The notes beneath the pieces are model-generated. The model did not search any database. It saw only the letters and a list, made by a program, of their open reading frames with translations, and was not told the origin of the DNA. This document shows positions 39,073-49,146 of a DNA stretch of 64,000 nucleotides, one piece after another; position 1 is the first letter of the stretch; each line of letters begins with the position of its first letter. The stretch is from assembly GCA_964510025.1 (NCBI GenBank), contig CAZDZV010000005.1:1-64000 (forward strand). Reading direction: 5' to 3'. This stretch comes from an uncultured Methanosarcinales archaeon. Lineage in GTDB: Archaea; Nanobdellota; Nanobdellia; Woesearchaeales; DATDXC01. The position numbers and the translations under genes were made by a program.

Positions 39073-40395
39073 CTATTGTTTGGTCTTTCTCAGAGCAACA
39101 TCAACTGCAGAGCTCAGAACATCGTAGGCCTGAGAAACAGCAGGACAATATGCAAATTCAGTGTCCGAGAACCTTTTTAGGGACATCCCGGCTCTTATTG
39201 CTGCAGCAACCACATTTACCCTGGAAGCTGCCCCCTTTCCGATCGCCTGAGCGCCAATAATCTTTTTTGTCTGCTTGTCTGCTATTACCTTTACGGTCAG
39301 TTCCTGGCCGCCCGGCATCCAGTCAGGAAGATCAAGGCCGGTTGACTTACCGACAGCTATATCATAGCCAAATTTCTCGGCAAACAGCGAATTGAGGCCT
39401 ACTGCGGCAACCTCCATATCACCGATTACAGAGACAAATGCCCCTGTTGTCCCCGGAAATCTTGCATCCCCGCCTGCTGCATTTATGCCAGCGACAGTGC
39501 CCTGCTTATAGGCTGTTGTTGCTAACCATGCTGGGAACTTCTTTTTCGTGATTATGCTATCAACTGTTATGCAGTCGCCAGCTGCATATATATCCTTAAT
39601 GCCTGTCTCAAGTCTTTCATCTACTATAATCCCTGACTTATCTGTAGGTATGCCTGAATCCCCTGCAAGCCTGATCCTTGGCCTGACACCTGTTGCCATG
39701 ACTATTATATCTGACTCAATTTGCTCACCATCAAGATAAATTTTTTTCTTTGATATTTTCTCGAGCTTTCTTCCAAGCTTCAGATCGATCTGCTTTTTTT
39801 TCAGGTATTCTTCAAGAATTTTTGAGATATCCGGATCTATTGATTTTGGAAATGTAGATGGGAGCATGTCGATCACTGTAACCTTTAGGTCTCTTTTTTT
39901 GAGGGCATGGGCTGTTTCCAGGCCGATTGCACCTGCACCGATAACCACTGCAGATCTCGCCTGTTCAATCGCCCTGTCAAGCTTTTCGGTATCTTTCAGG
40001 TTGCTGACCGTATGGATATATAGGTTATTATCCACGCCCTCTATGGGTGGGACAAAAGTGTAAGAGCCAGGCGATATAATCACCCGGTCATAGCTTATCT
40101 TATTTTCCTGGTTTGACCCTAGATTCTTATAGATGACTATCCTGTTATCATGGTCAATCTTAGTTGCAAGGCTTCTATTTATTACCTTAATATTCATCAT
40201 CTTGGCATGTATATCATGCTGCAGTTTTGAGAATGAATGCAGCTTTCTTTCAAGAACATACGGAAGCCCGCACAGGTGCAGAAGGTCAAAATCTTTCTTG
40301 TCAATTATAGCAATCTCTGCCTTTCTGTCAACCTTTCTTATTGCCAGGGCTGCTGCAAATCCAGCTGTGCCCAAACCTATTATCACTATCTTCAT
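39073..40395 (-). CDS. FAD-dependent pyridine nucleotide-disulfide oxidoreductase (NADH oxidase/CoA-disulfide reductase family)
   Basis: GLGTAG, CGLPY redox Cys, GAGAIGLE, IYAAGDC, AYCP. Confidence 0.9.
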   Translation of the reverse strand: MKIVIIGLGTAGFAAALAIRKVDRKAEIAIIDKKDFDLLHLCGLPYVLERKLHSFSKLQHDIHAKMMNIKVINRSLATKIDHDNRIVIYKNLGSNQENKISYDRVIISPGSYTFVPPIEGVDNNLYIHTVSNLKDTEKLDRAIEQARSAVVIGAGAIGLETAHALKKRDLKVTVIDMLPSTFPKSIDPDISKILEEYLKKKQIDLKLGRKLEKISKKKIYLDGEQIESDIIVMATGVRPRIRLAGDSGIPTDKSGIIVDERLETGIKDIYAAGDCITVDSIITKKKFPAWLATTAYKQGTVAGINAAGGDARFPGTTGAFVSVIGDMEVAAVGLNSLFAEKFGYDIAVGKSTGLDLPDWMPGGQELTVKVIADKQTKKIIGAQAIGKGAASRVNVVAAAIRAGMSLKRFSDTEFAYCPAVSQAYDVLSSAVDVALRKTKQ

Positions 40396-41183
40396 CTTTC
40401 ATCCACAATGATCTTCCTGGGGCAAACCTGCACACATTTGCCGCATTGTATACATTTTTCATAATCGATAACTGCCAGATTGTCAACTACATGGATAGCA
40501 TCTACTGGACAGTTTTTTTCACACAACCTGCAAGCGATACATCCTACCTTGCAGTCTTTAGCAACCTTTGCAGCTGCATCCTTAGAATGACATAAAACGT
40601 GTATCTTTTTATCTTCAGGAACAAGCTGGTATAGGCTTTTAGGGCATATCTTAACGCACTTTCCGCATGCAGTACATCTTTCACTGTCCACTTCTGGCAG
40701 GCCGTCCTTTTTCATTGATATCGCATCAAATGGACAAGCATCTACACAGTCCCCTAATCCAAGACACCCGTAATCGCATTTCTTAAATCCTTTCTGGACA
40801 AGATTTGCCGCTTTGCAGGTCTCTATTCCCTCGTAGCTAAACCTGAAGCCGCAATTCTGGACCGTACCGTTGCAATGCAGCCTGGCAACCTTCTTCTGCC
40901 TTTCTTTTGCAGGCGCTTTATCCAGTATCTTGGCTATCTTCTCAGCAACACTCTTTTGTCCGGGAATACATGCGTCCACAGGCACCTTGCCTTGCACAAC
41001 TGCTTCTGCAAAGGCATCACAGCCAGCCATTCCGCATGCACCGCAATTTGCTCCAGGAAGTACCTCCCTTACTTCAGCTACTTTTGGATTCTCTTTTACA
41101 GAAAACTTATTAGCAAAGTATGCCAGGCCAAGACCAAAGACAAGGGACAGACCACTAACCACAACTATAGACTGAATAATCAT
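40392..41183 (-). CDS. rnfB: Rnf complex subunit B
   Basis: N-terminal TM, LPGANCGACG..GC, several CxxCxxCxxxCP motifs. Confidence 0.95.
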   Translation of the reverse strand: MIIQSIVVVSGLSLVFGLGLAYFANKFSVKENPKVAEVREVLPGANCGACGMAGCDAFAEAVVQGKVPVDACIPGQKSVAEKIAKILDKAPAKERQKKVARLHCNGTVQNCGFRFSYEGIETCKAANLVQKGFKKCDYGCLGLGDCVDACPFDAISMKKDGLPEVDSERCTACGKCVKICPKSLYQLVPEDKKIHVLCHSKDAAAKVAKDCKVGCIACRLCEKNCPVDAIHVVDNLAVIDYEKCIQCGKCVQVCPRKIIVDER

Positions 41184-41761
41184 TTTATCATCCCAGAAAA
41201 GGCAAGAAATGCCATGGACATCAAGGAAGCTATAATAAATGCTATCGGGACGCCCTGCATGGCCCTGGGAACCCTGGCAAGCTCTAATCTCTCCCTTATA
41301 CCCGACATTAGCAGAAGTGCCAAGGTAAAGCCTATACCGGCACTTATGCCAAACACGACTGAGCCAATGAAACTATAGCCTTCCTGAACATTGAGAAGAG
41401 CTACACCAAGAATGGCACAGTTTGTGGTTATCAGGGGAAGATATATCCCCAGCGCCTTATACAGGACCTGGTTGAATTTCTTAAGGAAGAGCTCGACAAA
41501 CTGCACAAGCACAGCTATAGTCAGTATAAAGGTTATTATCTGGAGATATTCAATATCAAAGGGCACGAGCAGATGATGATATATGGCCCAGGTTATGGAT
41601 GATGAAATCGTCATGACAAATACAACAGCCAGACCCATGCCTAAAGCGGAGCTTGTCTTCTTGCTGACACCAAAAAAAGGGCATAGCCCCAAGAATCTTG
41701 TCAAGATGAAATTATTTACAAAAATTGCTCCAATTATTATGGCTAGCAGATTTTCCATCAT
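41180..41761 (-). CDS. rnfA: Rnf complex subunit A
   Basis: FLGLCPFFGVS, LGIYLPLITTNCAILG, GIRERL. Confidence 0.95.
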   Translation of the reverse strand: MMENLLAIIIGAIFVNNFILTRFLGLCPFFGVSKKTSSALGMGLAVVFVMTISSSITWAIYHHLLVPFDIEYLQIITFILTIAVLVQFVELFLKKFNQVLYKALGIYLPLITTNCAILGVALLNVQEGYSFIGSVVFGISAGIGFTLALLLMSGIRERLELARVPRAMQGVPIAFIIASLMSMAFLAFSGMIK

Positions 41762-42381
41762 TCCACCTCTTTCTTCTTTGCCTGCTTATCTGAAAGAAGA
41801 TTAAAAAGGCCCAAAAGCAATCCGACAACCAGCAGAGCTCCTGCAGGAAGTATAAAGACCAATGCCGGCTCAAACGGAAGCTTAAGCAGCGCAAGCCCAA
41901 ATAATCTCAGCTGCATGGTACCCAACAACTCCCTGATAAAACTAATCAATACCAACCCAAGAGTGAATCCCACACCCATGCCTAACGCGTCCAGCAACGA
42001 GCGCAGCATATTGTGCTTTGATGCAAAAGCCTCAACCCTTCCGAGTATTATGCAATTAACCACTATCAGCGGCACATATATGCCCAGTGCCTTGTCAAGC
42101 TCAGGAGAAAATGCCTGCATGAACAAAGAGGCAATAGTGACAAATGTTGCGATTATTATTATATAGCCCGGAATCCTCACCTTAGCAGGGATCCTATCCT
42201 TGAACAAAGCAACAATAAGCTCCGAGCCCAGCAAGACAAAGGTTGCTGCTGCCCCCATAGCAAATGCATTATCCAGAGCAGAACTGATCGCCAAAGCAGG
42301 GCATAATCCGAGGACTAGCCTAAAAATAGGGTTGTACCTGAACAGTCCTTTTACAAATTCCCAGCGTAGCCCTTTAGACAT
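41758..42381 (-). CDS. rnfE: Rnf complex subunit E
   Basis: LGLCPALA, VRIP, PLIVVNCIILGR, IRELLG. Confidence 0.95.
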   Translation of the reverse strand: MSKGLRWEFVKGLFRYNPIFRLVLGLCPALAISSALDNAFAMGAAATFVLLGSELIVALFKDRIPAKVRIPGYIIIIATFVTIASLFMQAFSPELDKALGIYVPLIVVNCIILGRVEAFASKHNMLRSLLDALGMGVGFTLGLVLISFIRELLGTMQLRLFGLALLKLPFEPALVFILPAGALLVVGLLLGLFNLLSDKQAKKKEVE

Positions 42382-42982
42382 ATTGCACAGTAATATTATC
42401 CTCTGACCCTATAGTGATCTCTGCTTGCGCATCGTATTTCTGCTCAGTCTCAGTCTCAGGACTGGGACTGGCGCCTGTTTTACTCAGCATGGAAGAAGAT
42501 ATGCTCTCAATAACTGCACGTGAGGTTATGGTGGCTCCGGTTATAGCATCTATCTGCCCTTCATCCTGGACAAGCTTGACTTCTGAGAGCTTTCTTCCTG
42601 TAAATTGAGACAAGAATCCTTCTTTTTCCACATTTGCGCCCAAGCCAGGGGTTTCTGTCTGGCTCAGTACATCTATACCCAGGATGGTGTTTGCACCATC
42701 CACACCAACAAGAAGCTTTATGACTGAGGAATAGCCTTGGGCATCCAGCTGCAACACTTTTGCAACAGGTTTGCCATTGCTGTACGCTTCAAAATATCCC
42801 TGCCTTTGCTCGAAGCTTTCAGCCTCAGGCACGACCTTTCTCAAAGATTCCTGAAACCTGGCAGCCTGCTGCTGCTTTATCCTTTCCTGTGTCAGCTGAT
42901 TTGTGATCGATAGAGCTATAGATGCCACTAAACCTATGATCATCAATGATAATCCAAGCCTTACTATCTCATTCATCTTCAA
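42374..42982 (-). CDS. rnfG: Rnf complex subunit G
   Basis: N-terminal TM, ETPGLG, flavinylation motif DAITGATITS. Confidence 0.93.
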   Translation of the reverse strand: MKMNEIVRLGLSLMIIGLVASIALSITNQLTQERIKQQQAARFQESLRKVVPEAESFEQRQGYFEAYSNGKPVAKVLQLDAQGYSSVIKLLVGVDGANTILGIDVLSQTETPGLGANVEKEGFLSQFTGRKLSEVKLVQDEGQIDAITGATITSRAVIESISSSMLSKTGASPSPETETEQKYDAQAEITIGSEDNITVQYV

Positions 42983-44030
42983 TAATCTTATCGATTTTTG
43001 TCTTCAACTTTTTCTGCTCTTTTTCTTGATTTCTTAGCTGCTTCTTAACCCTATAGCCAAAGGGCTTTGGCTTTGTGAATCGGTCTATCAGCGGAGTTGC
43101 TGCGTTCATGAGCAGTATGGAAAACATAACACCCTCGGGATAGCTGCCAAATAGCCTGATTATCATAGTCAAAAAACCACATCCAAATCCAAAAATCAAC
43201 CTGCCTTTCTTTGTCAGCGGCGCTGTGACATAATCTGTAGCCATAAACAGGGCGCCGATCAACAGGCCTCCGGCAAGGATATGGAAGAGCGGATCCTGGC
43301 CGAATATAAATGCAAGTATAAAGCTTGTGGAGATATACATTACAGGAATTCTCCAGCCAATGATCCTTTTGTAAAACAGGAATATGCCGCCTATCAGCAA
43401 GGCCAAAGCAGATGTCTCACCTATGCAGCCACCTATGTTCCCTATAAACAGGCTTGGATAAGCAGCCTTGATGCCCTGCAGCTTAAGCAATCCCAGCGGA
43501 GTAGCGCCGGTGACACCATCTGGCAGGATCCACCTTGTCATCAGTGCTGGAAAAGATGCTACCAAAAAAGCTCTGCCAGCCAGAGCGGGATTGAAAATAT
43601 TGTGGCCTAGACCACCAAATATCTGCTTGCCGATGGAAATCGCAAAAGCTGCTCCCAAAGCAGGCAGCCATAACGGGACTGTTGGGGGAAGTATCAGCGC
43701 GAGCAGCAGTCCTGTCAACACAGCTGAACCATCAATATGCAACGGTTTTTTTGTGAGCTTGAAGATAATCAGTTCCGTCAAGGTGGCTGATAAAATGCTT
43801 GTTATTATGATCCCCAGAGCTTTTAGCTTGAAGAAATATACGCCAGCCACTACAGCAGGAAGCAACGCCAGGACCACTGTCCACATAATTGAGCTGATGT
43901 TAAGGCTATCCTTAATATGTGGATTGGAAGAGACAGTAAGGGTATCAGCTGCTGGCTTTTCTGCTTCTTTTACAGGCCGATTCCTCCCGTATAGATTCTT
44001 CATAGCCTTATCAAATTTTTCATCCTGCAT
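42969..44030 (-). CDS. rnfD: Rnf complex subunit D
   Basis: KQIFGGLGHNIFNPA, flavinylation motif DGVTGATPL, GETS, FMATD, YPEG. Confidence 0.95.
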   Translation of the reverse strand: MQDEKFDKAMKNLYGRNRPVKEAEKPAADTLTVSSNPHIKDSLNISSIMWTVVLALLPAVVAGVYFFKLKALGIIITSILSATLTELIIFKLTKKPLHIDGSAVLTGLLLALILPPTVPLWLPALGAAFAISIGKQIFGGLGHNIFNPALAGRAFLVASFPALMTRWILPDGVTGATPLGLLKLQGIKAAYPSLFIGNIGGCIGETSALALLIGGIFLFYKRIIGWRIPVMYISTSFILAFIFGQDPLFHILAGGLLIGALFMATDYVTAPLTKKGRLIFGFGCGFLTMIIRLFGSYPEGVMFSILLMNAATPLIDRFTKPKPFGYRVKKQLRNQEKEQKKLKTKIDKIIEDE

Positions 44031-45312
44031 TTTTTATCTCATTCTTTGCATATTTTATCCAATGAACCAATGGAATCTTGCTCGGACAAACGTAGCTGCA
44101 ACATCCACACTCAAAGCAGTCCATTGCAAAATATTCCTTTGCTTTCCCTATATCGTCTTTCTCTGCGTATCTTGCAATCTGCGTCGGCATCAATGCCATG
44201 GGGCAGACATCTATGCATCTTCCGCATCTTATACAGTCTTTTGCCTCTTCTGTGCTTCGAGGCTGCAACTGAACCAGTATTCCCGATGTACCCTTAACCA
44301 CTGGAACCAGGTCTGTTGATTGTGCTATGCCCATCATGGGGCCGCCTGAAACAATTTTTCCTGGCGATGCCCTGTATCCGCCACACTGCTCAACCAATTC
44401 ATGATAAGGTGTCCCAATCTTTACCAAAAGGTTCTTCGGCGCTTTCACAGCTCCTGTCACTGTAACAACCCGTTCTATCAAGGGCTTGCCTTCCCAGACT
44501 GCATCATGGACCGCTTTTGCTGTCTGCACATTGGTGACAAGGCATCCAACGTCCATTGGCAGTCCGCCGGCGGGGACTTTCCTATCTGTCAAAGCATAGA
44601 TCAGCATCTTTTCTGCTCCCTGTGGATATTTTGTAGGCAGTGTAGATATCTGAATATCTTCTGGTACCTTATTCTTGAAAAAAGCAGCTGCATTTTCCTT
44701 GTTATCCTCCACACCGATTATAGCTGTCTTCGCGTTCAAGATCCTTTTCATTATGAGAAATCCTTTTATGACCTGTTCGGTCTTTTCAAGCATCAGCCTG
44801 TGGTCGCATGTGAGATAGGGCTCGCATTCTGCACCGTTCAATATTATGGTATCTATCTTCTTTTCCGGCGGCGGGCTTAACTTCACATGGGTTGGAAAGG
44901 CAGCTCCTCCGAGCCCAACAATGCCTGCTTCCCTTATGATATTCCTAAGCTGTTCCGGAGATATTGCCGAAATGTTGTCTCTTTTTCTTACAGTGTCGAC
45001 CCACTCTAAGGGCCCTTCTGACTGGATCACTATTGAATTGCAGCTCCCCAGCACTGGGTGGGGTTTTGAGGATATTTCCTTCACTGCTCCGGATATAGGT
45101 GCATGTATCGGTGCAGAAACGAACTTTTCTGAATCAGCTATCTTCTGGCCGATCCTGACCTTATCGCCTGGTTTTACGAGCGGATTGCAGGGGGCCCCTA
45201 TATGCTGGACAAGGGGCATTATCACTTTTTTTGGTATCTTTGCTATCTCTATAGGGCTCCTGCTGGTCAGTTTTTTGTAATCAGGATGGATCCCTCCTTC
45301 AAAAGTCAACAT
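44020..45312 (-). CDS. rnfC: Rnf complex subunit C
   Basis: GGIHP, GLGGAAFPT, NGAECEPYLTCD, YPQGAEK, GGPMMG, two 4Fe-4S motifs. Confidence 0.96.
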   Translation of the reverse strand: MLTFEGGIHPDYKKLTSRSPIEIAKIPKKVIMPLVQHIGAPCNPLVKPGDKVRIGQKIADSEKFVSAPIHAPISGAVKEISSKPHPVLGSCNSIVIQSEGPLEWVDTVRKRDNISAISPEQLRNIIREAGIVGLGGAAFPTHVKLSPPPEKKIDTIILNGAECEPYLTCDHRLMLEKTEQVIKGFLIMKRILNAKTAIIGVEDNKENAAAFFKNKVPEDIQISTLPTKYPQGAEKMLIYALTDRKVPAGGLPMDVGCLVTNVQTAKAVHDAVWEGKPLIERVVTVTGAVKAPKNLLVKIGTPYHELVEQCGGYRASPGKIVSGGPMMGIAQSTDLVPVVKGTSGILVQLQPRSTEEAKDCIRCGRCIDVCPMALMPTQIARYAEKDDIGKAKEYFAMDCFECGCCSYVCPSKIPLVHWIKYAKNEIKNAG

Positions 45313-45385
45313 AGAAATTAGTTTTTTCTTATCATTTTTAAACTTTATTGATTCATAAGGTTTAAATATAACTTAAACCGGCCTG

Positions 45386-45889
45386 ATGAATATGAAGCTA
45401 TTGATGCTTATCCTCATATGCCTACTAGGTGCAGCGTCTGCAGAGGATTTAGTCTTAGAGGGAATCCCAGAAGGCGTCGAGATAGAAGTTATCAACACAG
45501 CAATTCCATCCAGGGAAACAATGGAGCATAATGCGATAATTGCGTCTGTTTTTTTCGTGATATTTTTGGTAATAGGTATTGAGATCCTCAGGCTAGTCAG
45601 GAAAAAGCCCGTATGGCTAAGGTTTGGGCTTATTGGGATGGGCATAGGGCTATGTGGGTGCCTAGTCTATCCGCTACTCTTGCTATGGAAGGGTTTTCAT
45701 GTATTTGTCTATATCAATATCCTGGGATTTTACATATCTCGACCCATATTTTTGATATTTCTGGATAGGCCCATAGCTGGGATAGCTGCCCTTTTTTACG
45801 GCATACTGCTGGCACCAATATATTATTTCTTCATAGCAAGCGGCATTGGCCTGATGTATCAGAAATATTTAAAAAAGAAGAAGAGCTAG
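45386..45889 (+). CDS. Hypothetical membrane protein
   Basis: Signal peptide plus 3-4 TM helices; 2 nt upstream of the apbE ORF. Confidence 0.7.
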   Translation: MNMKLLMLILICLLGAASAEDLVLEGIPEGVEIEVINTAIPSRETMEHNAIIASVFFVIFLVIGIEILRLVRKKPVWLRFGLIGMGIGLCGCLVYPLLLLWKGFHVFVYINILGFYISRPIFLIFLDRPIAGIAALFYGILLAPIYYFFIASGIGLMYQKYLKKKKS

Positions 45890-45897
45890 CTTTGCCT

Positions 45898-46833
45898 ATG
45901 AAGAAGTATTTTATCTTGGTTCTAGTCTTATTTGCTATGGGCTGCAGCCCAAGAATCGAGGAAAGCAGGGAATTGTTGGGCACTGTTGTCACTATAAGCG
46001 CATATGGGGCTGGTAGTGGGGATCTGCAGGCTGCATTTAGCGAAATGGAAAGAATTGAACTGTTGCTAAGCTCTTACAATAATAAGAGCGAGGTTTACAG
46101 GTTAAATGAAAACAGCCTCATTGAGGATCCTTCTGATGAGCTTATCTATAATATCAAACAGGCTGTGTATTTCGGCAACATAAGCAACGGCGCTTTTGAC
46201 ATAACAGTACAGCCAATATTGGATTTATATGCAGAAAGCTTCAGAGAAAAAGGAAGAGCCCCCAGCGGCAAAGAGATCAAAGAAACGCTGATACTGGTGG
46301 ATTCAAAAGACATACTTCTGATGGACAACATGATATTGTTCAGAAAAGAGGATATGAAGATCACTCTAGGAGGCATAGCCAAGGGCTATGCAATTGACAG
46401 GGCAATCAGGCTTCTGGAGAACCGTGGGGTAACAGATGCACTGGTGAACGCTGGTGGCGACATAAGAGCAATAGGAACCAAACCAGACCAAAGATGGCAG
46501 GTAGCATTGCAGAATCCAAGGGATAAGAATGAATTTATCACGATAATCCCTATCGCAGACAGAGCTGTGGCCACCTCTGGCGACTATGAAAGATATTTCG
46601 ATGAGAACAAGAGCTTCCACCACATCGTAGACCCAAGGACCGGATATTCAGCAACTGAGCTAATGTCAGTCACAATAATGGCAGATACAGCTATGGAAGC
46701 TGATGCTATAGCTACAAGCGTGTTTGTGCTGGGCGAAGAAAAAGGCATGGAACTTATCGAGAGCCTAGATGGGGTTGAAGGGCTGCTTATAACAGAAGAA
46801 AGAGAGATGATCAGGAGCAGCGGATTTCCCTAG
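45898..46833 (+). CDS. apbE: FAD:protein FMN transferase ApbE (RnfF-like)
   Basis: Lipobox AMGC, GAFDITV, LGGIAKGY, NAGGD, ATSGDYE, HHIVDPRTG, ADAIAT. Confidence 0.95.
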   Translation: MKKYFILVLVLFAMGCSPRIEESRELLGTVVTISAYGAGSGDLQAAFSEMERIELLLSSYNNKSEVYRLNENSLIEDPSDELIYNIKQAVYFGNISNGAFDITVQPILDLYAESFREKGRAPSGKEIKETLILVDSKDILLMDNMILFRKEDMKITLGGIAKGYAIDRAIRLLENRGVTDALVNAGGDIRAIGTKPDQRWQVALQNPRDKNEFITIIPIADRAVATSGDYERYFDENKSFHHIVDPRTGYSATELMSVTIMADTAMEADAIATSVFVLGEEKGMELIESLDGVEGLLITEEREMIRSSGFP

Positions 46834-48551
46834 GCGCCAAGGTGCAATCCTTTTGGACCTACGTAAAGTGTTTTTGACCTCACCAATCCAAACTGAAGTG
46901 CTTCCATGTACTGGGCCATATGTCCAAAAACCCTGCCTAGTTCGAACATCACGGTATTAGCCTCTATAGGCAGCCCGATTCTTCCCTGTAGAAGGAAGGG
47001 CGTATAGAAATCAACATTCGCTGAAAAGTTAAATCTTTTATCCTTTGCCTGTTCCAGTTTCTTTACTGCTGCAGCTTCCCATTTCAGATAGAAATCGAAC
47101 TTAGCAGCGATCCGGGGATCCTTCCAGGATTCGATCATGGCTATCATAACCCCTGCCCTTGGATCACCGGGCTCTTCGCCTTCTGGGTCTGCATTATATA
47201 CTGGATGCCCTATTCCTGCCAGGCTTCCCTGCTCTCGCCATACCCTTTCAACTTCCTGTTCGACCATCCTATAGGTAATCTCACCTTGTCTCCTGAGTTT
47301 TCTATATATGGGCTCAAGCTGCACATAAACATCATAGTTGGCAAATCCATGCTTGTCTCCTGATAAGACATTGCAGCCTGTAGACAACGCAGCAGCCAGG
47401 TCGGCAAACGCTCCGCCGGCTACCCTTGTAGCAAAGCTGGATGCATTGCCCGCACCATGAGCCCTAATGATCTGGAAATAATCATCCAGGCAACCTGCAT
47501 GCCCTGAAAAATCAGGATTTGCGGTGACTTCTTCCCCATATAGGAAGCGTAAGAAATTGCCTCCCCAGTTTAAGCCTGGATCTGCAGCAGCAGGAGACTG
47601 GCCAAGCTTTTTCTTAACAAGGTGCCTCAAAGCATAGGCTGTAGCTACCATCACCTTGGCCCCAATTTCTATTCCCTGATCAGCAATACCATAAAAGACA
47701 CTGTCCCTTCGCGCCTTCCGCTTCCCTGAAGAGCCAGGGCTTAGATTCAATGGCGCCAGATCAATATATGGGGCAGTTCCGAAGTAGTGAAGCATTATCT
47801 GGCTGACTGTCTTCATCAGAAGCTTCGAGTTAAAGGTCCTATCCCTGGAGAGGTTGGCCATGTTCATATCAACAATCTGCCTTTCCTGGTCAGTAAGCCT
47901 GGCTCTGGAACACATGTATTCTGCAAGATGTGTTCTTTCTGATTCTGTCAGCGGCTGCTGCTTAAGCATTATGCCGACAGCTCCAATAAAATCTGTATTC
48001 TTAACCAGATCAAGTATTGAATAGCCTGTCATAAACAGCTGCCCGGGAATTGACCGCCCGTCTTCATCTTTGCCTCTTGCCAGAGACTCTGCTGAAACAA
48101 CCGCTGCTGTCTGTCTTAAACCTATATCAGCTGCAAATGTGTCTGTAGAAAGCTGGTAATGGGCTGCAATCCCGTCATATAGTCTGCCCATCATCTGGGC
48201 CAGATTCCTTCTTGTCTCCTCTGAGCCGCCTACTGCTGTTTCCCTTACTGCGATGAGGCTTTCCAGATCAACCAATACCTGATGTGCGAATCTTGCCTGG
48301 GGTGAGCCAACGCCTATCGCCCTTATCGCAGTGCCCCTTATCAATGAACGAATCCTTGGCTCAACTTCTTGAGCAACATGATTTTCAGGCGATGCGTACC
48401 TTTCCAATAAGCGCTCTAACAGCTGCCTGTCCTGCCTTTTTTTGTGTTCAAATTCTCCAGCTCTTGCTTCAAGCAAAGCTAAGCGCTCATTATACCTTTC
48501 AACAACTGTATCATAAGGGATTTCAAATATATCCCTGACTGTTGATATCAT
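46830..48551 (-). CDS. Divergent citrate synthase family protein with N-terminal extension
   Basis: H..GNASSFATR, KHGFAN, GIGHPVY, DPRA, NVDFY, GRVFGHMA. Confidence 0.78.
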   Translation of the reverse strand: MISTVRDIFEIPYDTVVERYNERLALLEARAGEFEHKKRQDRQLLERLLERYASPENHVAQEVEPRIRSLIRGTAIRAIGVGSPQARFAHQVLVDLESLIAVRETAVGGSEETRRNLAQMMGRLYDGIAAHYQLSTDTFAADIGLRQTAAVVSAESLARGKDEDGRSIPGQLFMTGYSILDLVKNTDFIGAVGIMLKQQPLTESERTHLAEYMCSRARLTDQERQIVDMNMANLSRDRTFNSKLLMKTVSQIMLHYFGTAPYIDLAPLNLSPGSSGKRKARRDSVFYGIADQGIEIGAKVMVATAYALRHLVKKKLGQSPAAADPGLNWGGNFLRFLYGEEVTANPDFSGHAGCLDDYFQIIRAHGAGNASSFATRVAGGAFADLAAALSTGCNVLSGDKHGFANYDVYVQLEPIYRKLRRQGEITYRMVEQEVERVWREQGSLAGIGHPVYNADPEGEEPGDPRAGVMIAMIESWKDPRIAAKFDFYLKWEAAAVKKLEQAKDKRFNFSANVDFYTPFLLQGRIGLPIEANTVMFELGRVFGHMAQYMEALQFGLVRSKTLYVGPKGLHLGA

Positions 48552-48663
48552 TTTTCCATTTATTGAAGATATTTATCATTTTAAATATTTTATTGCTTAA
48601 TAATTGAACAAAATAATAAAATTTTGCCAAATATTTATATATAAGTTCATATCATCTATTAAT

Positions 48664-49122
48664 ATGGCTAAGAAAATGAACATGGATGTGGATGATATTG
48701 ACAAGAAAATCGTAAATCTTATGCTTTTTGACGCTGATACAACCAATAGGGAGCTTGCGAAAAAATTGGGGATTGCTGTGGGGACAGTCAACAATCGGCT
48801 AAAAAGACTAAGAAAACTTGGAGTAATAAAGAAGAAGACAGTTGTTGTAGACTATGAAAAACTGGGCTATGCTATCGGGGTATTGATTGATATCAAGATA
48901 ATAAAAGGGGCTTTCTATGAGCTAGCCAAGAAGCTGGGTGCTGATTCAAATGTATTCCTGCTTATCGACATGACAGGAGACTTTGATGCTGAGATACTTG
49001 CAAGGTTCCACACAAAAAGGCAGCTGGATAGTTTTGTCAAGAACCTGCAAAATGATCCCGCTGTAGAAAATACAAGGACAAGGCTGATACTCAACATATA
49101 CAGAGAAAAAGAAATAAAATAG
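48664..49122 (+). CDS. Lrp/AsnC family transcriptional regulator
   Basis: DDIDKKI, RELAKKLGIAVGTV, GVI..VDYEKLG, TGDFD. Confidence 0.92.
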   Translation: MAKKMNMDVDDIDKKIVNLMLFDADTTNRELAKKLGIAVGTVNNRLKRLRKLGVIKKKTVVVDYEKLGYAIGVLIDIKIIKGAFYELAKKLGADSNVFLLIDMTGDFDAEILARFHTKRQLDSFVKNLQNDPAVENTRTRLILNIYREKEIK

Positions 49123-49146
49123 GATATGCATGACATGCTTCTTCTT

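Noticed and set aside
42455..42490. Second flavinylation site in the RnfG tail (SKTGAS)
   Set aside because: Lacks the upstream Asp of the DxxxGAT/S motif and lies in a low-complexity tail
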